Shown here one piece after another: positions 37,210 to 44,644 of a DNA stretch of 64,000 nucleotides. Origin of the DNA: Nitrospirota bacterium (GTDB taxonomy: Bacteria; Nitrospirota; JACRHL01); assembly GCA_016212085.1 (NCBI GenBank), contig JACRHL010000018.1, positions 7,487 through 71,486 on the forward strand, read 5' to 3'. The notes under the pieces were generated by a model. That model worked only from the letters and a program-made list of their open reading frames with translations, was not told where the DNA came from and did not search any database. The position numbers and the translations under genes were made by a program. The stretch's first letter is position 1. Each line of letters opens with the position of its first letter.

Positions 37210-38583
37210 CTAATCCGCTTCCGGGTTGGCCCCGGCGGCGGCCTCCAGGGCCGTGGAGGCCTCGGCGCCGTCCAGTTGCACCCGTTCGATCTTCTCGAAG
37301 CGCGAGGTGATCTTCTTGGCGGACACGTGCACCTGGTCCACGTCGTCCTTGGTCTGGCGGATGTGCTGGGCCAGCTTGTCCATGCGCTCCTGGAAGCGTC
37401 CGAAGTCGGTGGCCAGGAAGCGCAGGTGCTCCTGGATGATGTGGACCTGTTCCCGCGTCTTGGCGTCCTTGAGCACGGAGCGCATGGTGTTCAGCACCGC
37501 CCACATGGTGGTGGGGGAGGTCAGCGACACCCGGCGCCGCTGGGCGTGGTCCACCAGGTCCGGGTGGTGGGCGTGGATCTCGGCGAACACCGCCTCCGCC
37601 GGGATGAACATGACCGCCCCGTCGGCGGTGACGCCGGGGATGATGTACTTGTCGGCGATGTCGGTGATGTGCTTCTTCACGTCCTGCTTGAACTGGCGCT
37701 CCGCCTGGACGCGCTCCGCCTCCGGCAGGTCGCGGTCGAACATGCGCCGGAAGTTCTCCAGGGGGAATTTCGCGTCCACCGCCACGGTGCCGGTGGGTTC
37801 CGGGAGGAACAGCACACAGTCGGCTATCTTCCCCTCCGCCAGGGTGTGCTGGAGGGAGTAGGCCTCCTCCGGCATGGCGTTCATGACCAGGTGGTTGAGC
37901 TGCACCTCCCCGAACACGCCCCGGCTCTTCTTGTCCGACAGGATCTCCTGGAGCGACACGACCTCGTTGGACAGGGCGGCGATCTTCTCCTGGGCCTTGT
38001 CGATGATGGTCAGGCGCGTGACCACGTCGGTGAAGGTCTCCGTGGTTTTTTTGAAGCCTTCGTCCAGGCGCTCGGTGACCTTGCCCGAGATCTCCGTGAG
38101 CTTCTGGTCGGTGACCGCCTGCAACTCGGCGAAACGCCTGTTCAGGGTGTCGGTGGCGAGCTTCATGGTCTCGCCCACGGATTGCAGGGTGCGCCCGGTG
38201 CCGGCGGCCATCTGCTCGCCCAGGCCGTGGGTGAGGTTCTGGCGCAGGTCGGCCAGGGTTTTGGCCATTTCCGCCTTGAGCTGGCCGATGGCCTCCCGCA
38301 CCTGGTCCAGCTTGGCCTCGGTGAGGGCGCGCAGCTCGCGCTCCTGCCTCAGGAGCAGGTCGCGGGTGGCGTCGGAAAGCTCGCGGTGCTTGGCCTCCAG
38401 GCCCTTTTCCACCTGGGCCACCACCAGGTCGGCCCCGCCCTTCTGCGCCTCGCGCATGGCGGCCTCCAGGCGGTCGATCCGGGCCAGCAGGTCCGCCGTG
38501 CCGCCCCCCCGGCGCAGGGTGGCGACCAGCGCCGCCAGCGCGGCCAGCGCCGCCAGCGCGGCCAGGATCGCGGGGATTTCCAT
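37210..38583 (-). CDS. rmuC: DNA recombination protein RmuC
   Basis: N-terminal anchor, long coiled coil and the conserved RmuC C-terminal domain (VMFIPAEAVFAE). Confidence 0.85.
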   Translation of the reverse strand: MEIPAILAALAALAALAALVATLRRGGGTADLLARIDRLEAAMREAQKGGADLVVAQVEKGLEAKHRELSDATRDLLLRQERELRALTEAKLDQVREAIGQLKAEMAKTLADLRQNLTHGLGEQMAAGTGRTLQSVGETMKLATDTLNRRFAELQAVTDQKLTEISGKVTERLDEGFKKTTETFTDVVTRLTIIDKAQEKIAALSNEVVSLQEILSDKKSRGVFGEVQLNHLVMNAMPEEAYSLQHTLAEGKIADCVLFLPEPTGTVAVDAKFPLENFRRMFDRDLPEAERVQAERQFKQDVKKHITDIADKYIIPGVTADGAVMFIPAEAVFAEIHAHHPDLVDHAQRRRVSLTSPTTMWAVLNTMRSVLKDAKTREQVHIIQEHLRFLATDFGRFQERMDKLAQHIRQTKDDVDQVHVSAKKITSRFEKIERVQLDGAEASTALEAAAGANPEAD

Positions 38584-39428
38584 CAGCCCGCCGCCCGGGC
38601 GGCGGGGCGGAACCGGGCGGCCAGGCGCCGGGTGACCGGGCCCACGGTGCCGTTGCCGATGGTGGCGCCGTCGATGCGGGTGACGCCCAGCACCTCGATG
38701 GTGGTGCCGGTGAGGAACACCTCGTCCGCCGCCTGCAATTCGGCCAGGCTCAGGTCGCGCTCGTGCACCGTAAGCCCCAGGTCGCGCGCCACCTCCAGCA
38801 GGTAGGCGCGGCTCACGCCGGGCAGCAGGCGCGGGCCCAGGGGCGGGGTGACCAGGGCGCCGCCGATCACGCCGAACACGTTGCTGGACGAGCCCTCGCG
38901 CACGACGCCGTCGCCCACGAACAGGGCCTCGAACGCCCCCGCGTCCAGCGCCGCCTGGCGCGCCAGCACGTTGGGCAGCAGGTTGAGGGATTTCACGTCG
39001 CAGCGCGCCCAGCGGATGTCGGGCATGGAGATGGCGGCCACCCCCGCCCGCACCACGTCGGCGGGGAGGGGGTGGATCTCGGTGGCGGTGACCAGGGTGG
39101 TGGGGGGCACCGGCGGAAACGGGTGGTTGCGCGGCGCCACCCCGCGGGTGACCTGCACGTAGATCTTGGTCTCCGCATGGCCGGCCCTGGCCAGCACCGC
39201 GTCGATCCAGGCCGTGAGGGTCGCCCGTTCCCAGTTGGGCACGATGCGCACCTGGGACAGGCTCTGGTACAGCCGGTCCAGGTGGGCCTCCAGCCGGAAC
39301 GGCCTGGAGCCGTAGGTGCGGATGACCTCGTACACGCCGTCTCCGAACAGGAAACCGCGGTCGTTCACGGACACCTTGGCGTCGTTAAGTGGGGTGATGG
39401 TGCCGTTCAGGCAGGCGATATCCGGCAT
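38583..39428 (-). CDS. Class IV aminotransferase (D-amino-acid / branched-chain / ADC-lyase family)
   Basis: Fold-type IV PLP enzyme motifs (RGFLFGDGVYE, VTRG, LPGVSR). Start chosen at the internal Met (MPDIACL). Confidence 0.7.
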   Translation of the reverse strand: MPDIACLNGTITPLNDAKVSVNDRGFLFGDGVYEVIRTYGSRPFRLEAHLDRLYQSLSQVRIVPNWERATLTAWIDAVLARAGHAETKIYVQVTRGVAPRNHPFPPVPPTTLVTATEIHPLPADVVRAGVAAISMPDIRWARCDVKSLNLLPNVLARQAALDAGAFEALFVGDGVVREGSSSNVFGVIGGALVTPPLGPRLLPGVSRAYLLEVARDLGLTVHERDLSLAELQAADEVFLTGTTIEVLGVTRIDGATIGNGTVGPVTRRLAARFRPAARAAG

Positions 39429-39483
39429 GGTGTGTTTCTGGGCTTGGGTTGAAGGCAAACGACAATGCCGCCGGGGGGCGGAC

Positions 39484-41187
39484 TCAGGCGGGGATGTCCA
39501 CCCCTCTCCGGGCCAGGGCCTCGAAGCGCCGCGACGGCATGGGCCGGCCCAGCAAATAGCCCTGGATGTGGCGGCACCCCTCCCGGCGCAGGGCGGAAAG
39601 CTGCTCGCGGGTTTCGACCCCCTCGGCGACGATGGTCAGCGACAGACCGTGCGCCAGGGCGATGATGGCGCGGGCGATGGCCGCGTCCTCCGGGTTGTGG
39701 GCGATGTCCTTCACGAAGCTGCGGTCGAGCTTGAGGGTGTCCGCCGGGATGCGCTTCAGGTAGCTGAGCGACGAGTAGCCGGTGCCGAAGTCGTCGATGG
39801 AGATGCCGATACCCATCTTCTTCAGGTCGGCCAGGGTGTCGTGGTTGCTGCGGGTGCTTTCCAGTACCGTGCCTTCGGTGATCTCGAGGGACAGGGCGGC
39901 GGGTTCCAGGCGCGCCGCTTCCAGCGCGTCGGCCACCATGCTCACCAGGTTGCTCTGCCGGAACTGGCGGGCGGACAGGTTGACCACCATGCGCATGCCG
40001 CCCAGGCCCTTGTCGCGCCAGGCCTGGGCCTGGGCGCAGGCGGTGCGTAGCACCCACTCGCCGATGGGCACGATGAGGCCGGTCTCCTCCGCCAGCCAGA
40101 TGAACTGGCCGGGGGCCATCAGCCCCAGTTGCGGGTGGTGCCAGCGCAGCAGCGCCTCGATGCCGGTGATGGCGCCGGTGGTCAGATCCACCTGAGGCTG
40201 GTAGTAGAGCACGAACTCGTTGCGCTCCAGGGCCTGGCGCATGGCCGTCTCCAGGCGCAGCCGCTCCACCGCCGGCGCCTGCATGTCGGGAAGGTAGACC
40301 TGGAAGCTGTTGTTGCCGTGCCCCTTGGCCTTGGCCAGGGCGGACTCGGCGTTCTTCAGCAGGGCCCCCGCGTCGGCGGGCCCGTCGGCGGAGCAGACCA
40401 CGCCCAGGCTGGCGCTCACGTAGAACTCGTGGCGGCCCACCTGGAACGGGCGCGAGATCACCGCCAGGATCTCCTGGGCGGCGGCCCGCGCCTGGTCATG
40501 GTCGGCCACGTCGGCGAGCAGCAGGGCGAACTCGTCGTCGCCCAGGCGGCCCACCTCGTCGCGGGTGCGGGTGTGCCACTCCAGGCGCGCGGCCACGGCG
40601 GCCAGCAGCTTGTCGCCCGCCTGATGGCCCAGGGAGTCGTTGATGGCCTTGAAGCGGTCCAGATCCAGCAGCACCAGGGCGAACGGGGCGCCGTCGGCCA
40701 GGGCGCGCTCGATGCGGTCGCGGAAGGCGTGGCGGTCGGACAGGCCGGTAACGGCGTCGCGCCGGGTCTGGTCGGCCACGTGCGCCTGCACCCGGTTGCG
40801 CTCCATGGCCTGGCGCATGCGCGCCAGGGAGATGGCGTTGCCCGGTGCCTTGATGAGGTAATCCTCCGCCCCGGCGTCCAGGGCGGCCAGGGCGGTGCCC
40901 TCGTCGCCCTGGACGCCCAGGGCGACCACCGGCAGGCCGGGCAGGGCGGCCTGGGCCTTGGCCAGGCCGGCGAGGCCCGCCGCGCCGGGCAGGGTCATGT
41001 CGAACAGCAGGATGTCGAACGCCTCGGTCCTGGCGCGGGCCACGGCCTCGTCCAGGGTGCCGACGCGGATCAGGTTGAAGCGGTCCGCGTCCTCCCACCA
41101 GAACATGTCGCGCACCAGCAGCACGTCTTCCGGATCGTCCTCGATCAGCAGCACCTTGATGACCGCCGGCTGTAGCATGTGCTTCAT
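39484..41187 (-). CDS. Response-regulator receiver + GGDEF + EAL protein (c-di-GMP turnover)
   Basis: REC domain (VLLIEDD...FDMTLPG), GGDEF region (RLGDDEF) and EAL domain (EALLRW, DDFGTGYSSL). Confidence 0.85.
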   Translation of the reverse strand: MKHMLQPAVIKVLLIEDDPEDVLLVRDMFWWEDADRFNLIRVGTLDEAVARARTEAFDILLFDMTLPGAAGLAGLAKAQAALPGLPVVALGVQGDEGTALAALDAGAEDYLIKAPGNAISLARMRQAMERNRVQAHVADQTRRDAVTGLSDRHAFRDRIERALADGAPFALVLLDLDRFKAINDSLGHQAGDKLLAAVAARLEWHTRTRDEVGRLGDDEFALLLADVADHDQARAAAQEILAVISRPFQVGRHEFYVSASLGVVCSADGPADAGALLKNAESALAKAKGHGNNSFQVYLPDMQAPAVERLRLETAMRQALERNEFVLYYQPQVDLTTGAITGIEALLRWHHPQLGLMAPGQFIWLAEETGLIVPIGEWVLRTACAQAQAWRDKGLGGMRMVVNLSARQFRQSNLVSMVADALEAARLEPAALSLEITEGTVLESTRSNHDTLADLKKMGIGISIDDFGTGYSSLSYLKRIPADTLKLDRSFVKDIAHNPEDAAIARAIIALAHGLSLTIVAEGVETREQLSALRREGCRHIQGYLLGRPMPSRRFEALARRGVDIPA

Positions 41188-41290
41188 CGTGACCTTGCCC
41201 GTGGGGGTGGGAGGGAGCGGCGCCCGTGCGGGCATATTATAGGAACCGGGCGACCCGACGCCAGCGCCCGAAAAAGGGCCTCCGTGGGCG

Positions 41291-41319
41291 TTGACAGGCC
41301 GTGCCGTCCACCGTACAAT
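41291..41319 (+). promoter_or_regulatory. Near-consensus sigma70 promoter for tRNA-Leu
   Basis: TTGACA (41291-41296), a 17-nt spacer and TACAAT (41314-41319), about 37 nt upstream of the mature tRNA 5' end. Confidence 0.55.
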
Positions 41320-41355
41320 TCCGCCTTCGTCGGCTGCCGCCGGCGCACCCTTCGC

Positions 41356-41442
41356 GCGGGAGTGGTGAAATTGGTAGACACGCTAGATTCAGGTTCTAGT
41401 CGGGGAAACCCGGTGGGAGTTCGAGTCTCCCCTTCCGCACCA
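41356..41442 (+). tRNA. tRNA-Leu (anticodon CAG), 87 nt including CCA
   Basis: Acceptor stem gcgggag/cttccgc (one G-U pair). The D-loop aattggtaga and the anticodon arm ctaga-ttCAGgt-tctag are present. A long variable arm, T-arm gggag-ttcgagt-ctccc, discriminator A and CCA are encoded. Confidence 0.9.
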
Positions 41443-41450
41443 TGGTTTTG

Positions 41451-41492
41451 AAAGGCCCGTTCACCATCTGGGTGGGCGGGCCTTTCGCGTTT
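41451..41492 (+). terminator. Putative intrinsic terminator downstream of tRNA-Leu
   Basis: Hairpin aaaggcccg ... cgggccttt followed by a weak U-tract (cgcgttt). Confidence 0.5.
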
Positions 41493-41560
41493 GGGGCGGC
41501 GCATGGCGCCCGGCCGTCCGGCGCACGGGCAGGCGTGGGCGGGGCGGCCGGGCGGTTGCC

Positions 41561-42031
41561 TCAGGGCATGGCGGGCAGCAACGGCCCCAGCCGCAGCGCG
41601 TCGCCCTCGACCACGCCGAACCGCTCCAGCCAGCCCGCCGTACCCTCCACGAAGTGCCGGGCAGGGGTGTCCGGCCCGTAGACGGGGCACGGCTCGCCGA
41701 CGCACGGCGGCACGCTTTCCAGGGTGGCCACCACCCGGCCCGCCGGGTCCAGCCAGGCCACATCCAGCGAGAAGCGGCAGTTCTTCATCCAGATCTTGCG
41801 CACGCCGTCCGCCTCGTAGAGGAACAGCATCAGGCGGTCGTCGGGAAAGCCGGGGCGGAACATCATGCCGCGGGCGCGGTCGGCGGGGGCGCGCATCACC
41901 TCGGCCAGCACGGGCCGGCCGCCGGGCAGGGACAGCCACATCCACTCGGCGGCCCCGGCGGGCGCGGCCCAGAGCAGCCACCCCAGGCACGCCAGCGCCC
42001 GCAGCGGGGGGATGGCGGCCGCACGGGCCAT
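41561..42031 (-). CDS. Secreted DUF192 (COG1430) family protein
   Basis: Signal peptide (LRALACLGWLLWAAPAGA) plus the conserved DUF192 core (MMFRPG, SLDVAWLD). Lies 5 nt downstream of fbp on the same strand. Confidence 0.6.
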   Translation of the reverse strand: MARAAAIPPLRALACLGWLLWAAPAGAAEWMWLSLPGGRPVLAEVMRAPADRARGMMFRPGFPDDRLMLFLYEADGVRKIWMKNCRFSLDVAWLDPAGRVVATLESVPPCVGEPCPVYGPDTPARHFVEGTAGWLERFGVVEGDALRLGPLLPAMP

Positions 42032-42036
42032 GGGGG

Positions 42037-43041
42037 CTATTGCAGCCCCTTGGCGATCTCTTCGTAGCGGGCCACCTCGGCCCGGTTGCCGACGATCACC
42101 GGCGTGCGCTGGTGCAGGTCGGTGGGCACGATCTCCATGATGCGGCCGGTGCCGTGGGAGGCCCAGCCGCCCGCCTGCTCCGCCAGGAACGCCATGGGGT
42201 TGGCCTCCACCAGCAGGCGCAGCTTGCCGTTGGGCTTGTTGGGGTCCTTCAGGTCCTTGGGATAGAGGAACACGCCGCCGTCGATCAGGTTGCGGTGGAA
42301 GTCCGCCACCATGGCGCCGATGTAGCGGTGGCCGAACGGCCGCTTGGGCTTGTCGCCGATGCCCTTCACGAACTCGATGTAGCGCCGCGTGACCTCGTCC
42401 CAGTAGGCGGCGTTGCCCTCGTTGACGCTGTAGTACTTGCAGCGGTCGGGAAAGCGCACCAAGTTGTGGGACAGCACGAACTCGCCCACCGTCGGGTCCA
42501 GCGTGAAGCCGTGCACGCCGAAGCCGGTGGAATAGACCAGCACCGTGGATGAGCCGTACATCACGTAGCCGGCGGCAAGCTGGTTCACCCCCGCTTGCAG
42601 GCAGTCGAAGGATTGCGCCACCCGCCCGTCGCTCTTCTTGGGCAGGATGGAAAAGATGGTGCCGATGCTGGCGTTCACCCCGATGTTGCCGGAACCGTCC
42701 AGGGGGTCCATGTTGACCACGTACTTGCCGGCCCAGCGCTCGTCGACGATGATCGGCTCGGCGTTCTCCTCGGAGCCGATGGCGCACACCCGGCCGCTGT
42801 GGGACAGCATGTTGATGAGCAGCTCGTTGGAGAACACGTCCAGCTTCTGGACCTGCTCGCCCTGCACGTTGGTGTCGCCGGTGGCGCCGATGATGTCGTT
42901 GATGCCGGCGCGGCGCACCTCGCGGGAGATGACCTTGGCGGCCACGGCGATGTCGTGCAGCAGGTTCGAGAAGGTGCCGGAGGTGGGGCCGAGCTTGCGC
43001 TCCTCCTCGATGATATGCCGCTCGATGGTTTTCAGCATCAC
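42037..43041 (-). CDS. fbp: Fructose-1,6-bisphosphatase class I
   Basis: Metal-binding motifs DPLDGSGN and the C-terminal GG-YLYP region of FBPase I. Confidence 0.9.
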   Translation of the reverse strand: MMLKTIERHIIEEERKLGPTSGTFSNLLHDIAVAAKVISREVRRAGINDIIGATGDTNVQGEQVQKLDVFSNELLINMLSHSGRVCAIGSEENAEPIIVDERWAGKYVVNMDPLDGSGNIGVNASIGTIFSILPKKSDGRVAQSFDCLQAGVNQLAAGYVMYGSSTVLVYSTGFGVHGFTLDPTVGEFVLSHNLVRFPDRCKYYSVNEGNAAYWDEVTRRYIEFVKGIGDKPKRPFGHRYIGAMVADFHRNLIDGGVFLYPKDLKDPNKPNGKLRLLVEANPMAFLAEQAGGWASHGTGRIMEIVPTDLHQRTPVIVGNRAEVARYEEIAKGLQ

Positions 43042-43061
43042 CGTGCCAATCCTTTATCCGG

Positions 43062-43553
43062 TCAGCGGAAGTTGTTGAATTGCAGGGGCAGGCCGTAGTC
43101 GCCGGCCTTGAGCATGGTGATCACGGCCTGGAGGTCGTCGCGTTTCTTGCCCGACACCCGCACCGATTCGCCCTGAACCGCCGCCTGCACCTTGATTTTC
43201 AGGTTCTTGATGTCCTTGACGACCTGCTTCGCCTTGTCCGCCGGGATGCCTTGCCGGAGCTTGACGCGCTGGCGCACGGTGCCGCCGGTGGCGGGCTCCA
43301 GCGGCTGAAAGTCGAACGCCTTCAGGGAGATGCCGCGCTTCACGGCGCGCTCCTCCAGCACGCGGATCACGCCTTGCAGCTTGCCGGCGTCCTCCGACAC
43401 CAGGACGAGCTCGTCCTTCTCCAGGGAGATGGCGCTGATGCTGCCCTTGAAATCGAAGCGCTGGCGGATCTCCTTCATGGCCTGGTCCACCGCGTTGGCG
43501 ACCTCGGGCATGGCGAGTTCCGAGACAATATCGAACGAGTTGTCGTCTGCCAC
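43062..43553 (-). CDS. yajQ: YajQ-family cyclic-di-GMP-binding protein (UPF0234)
   Basis: Full-length similarity to YajQ (SFDIVSE...LQFNNFR). Confidence 0.85.
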   Translation of the reverse strand: MADDNSFDIVSELAMPEVANAVDQAMKEIRQRFDFKGSISAISLEKDELVLVSEDAGKLQGVIRVLEERAVKRGISLKAFDFQPLEPATGGTVRQRVKLRQGIPADKAKQVVKDIKNLKIKVQAAVQGESVRVSGKKRDDLQAVITMLKAGDYGLPLQFNNFR

Positions 43554-43582
43554 GGCGGCCTCCTATAACGTGAGGGCCCCGT

Positions 43583-43672
43583 CTACCACATCACCAGGAC
43601 GGTGGCCAACGCCAGGGCGCCGGTGAGCAGCAGCAGGCCGATGGTCCAGGTCTTGAGCGGCATGTCACCCAT
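43583..43672 (-). CDS. Unannotated 29-aa single-TM microprotein
   Basis: ATG is preceded by AAGGAG at a 7-nt spacing. The product is MGDMPLKTWTIGLLLLTGALALATVLVMW. It is tightly packed between the CPBP protease gene and yajQ on the same strand. Confidence 0.4.
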   Translation of the reverse strand: MGDMPLKTWTIGLLLLTGALALATVLVMW

Positions 43673-43802
43673 GAAAAACTCCTTGTGCGTTGCGAGAGGG
43701 GCGCATACGGGCGCACCGGCCGGGCGCCGGGGGCACGCGCGCCTAGTGCATGAAACCAAGGAATTATAAGGAGGGTGGCGGGGCCGTCGCAACCGGCCTT
43801 GG

Positions 43803-44522
43803 TTACCAGAATGCCCAATTGGCCGTGGCCAGCACCCAGACCCCGAGCAGCAGGTTCGTCACCCCGTGGGCCACGATCACCACCGGCAGGTTGCGGGTGA
43901 CGCACAGCAGGGCGCCGTAGGCGGCACCGGCCATGATGCCCGCCAGCCACAGGTGGTGTTCCAGCCCGAACAGCACGGCGGTGATGGCGAAGCTGGCCGG
44001 GGTGAAGGCGCCCAGGGGCACGTTGTGGAAGTCCGGCCGCACCAGGTAGCGCATCACGAAGGCGCGCCAGAACAGCTCCTCGAACACGGGCACCACCAGC
44101 GCCGCCCCCGCCAGGCGGATGGCGATCAGCGGCAGGGCGGCGGCGGCGCCCAGGGCGGCGGCGTGGGGGTCGTACCCCTCGGCGCCGCCCTGGGTGGCGA
44201 ACGGCCAGTCCATGCGGATCCACAGCAGGAACACCGCCGTCCCCACCGCGACCGCCAGCGGCCAGTCCCGGCCCGGCCGGGCGGGCGCGCGGAATTCCGC
44301 GTAGCGGTGGCGGAAGCGCCACAACAGCAGGACCACCACGCCCACCTTGAGGGGGTACAGCCAGAGGTGGTCCGCCGCCGCCAGGGCCGCCAGGGCCGGC
44401 AGCGCTCCGGCGGCCGTCTCCAGCAGCCCCTCCAGGGCGATGAAGCCCATGTAGGCGGCGAACGGCAGCACGTAGGGCGGCCAGGGACGGGTGGCGGGGA
44501 CGGGGGTCATGCGGACCACCAT
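43803..44522 (-). CDS. CPBP-family intramembrane metalloprotease (CAAX protease / Abi-like)
   Basis: EELFWR and FGLEH motifs plus a downstream His. Start chosen at the internal Met. Divergent from mrcA. Confidence 0.65.
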   Translation of the reverse strand: MVVRMTPVPATRPWPPYVLPFAAYMGFIALEGLLETAAGALPALAALAAADHLWLYPLKVGVVVLLLWRFRHRYAEFRAPARPGRDWPLAVAVGTAVFLLWIRMDWPFATQGGAEGYDPHAAALGAAAALPLIAIRLAGAALVVPVFEELFWRAFVMRYLVRPDFHNVPLGAFTPASFAITAVLFGLEHHLWLAGIMAGAAYGALLCVTRNLPVVIVAHGVTNLLLGVWVLATANWAFW

Positions 44523-44644
44523 AGCGCACCGGCCCGCAAAATGCCGCCTCCAATGTGGGCACGGGGCGCCGACAAGGCGCACCCGGTTCGTGTATCCTAG
44601 GGGACCGCTCTTGCGGGTGCCCGATCCACAATAAACCTGCTGCC

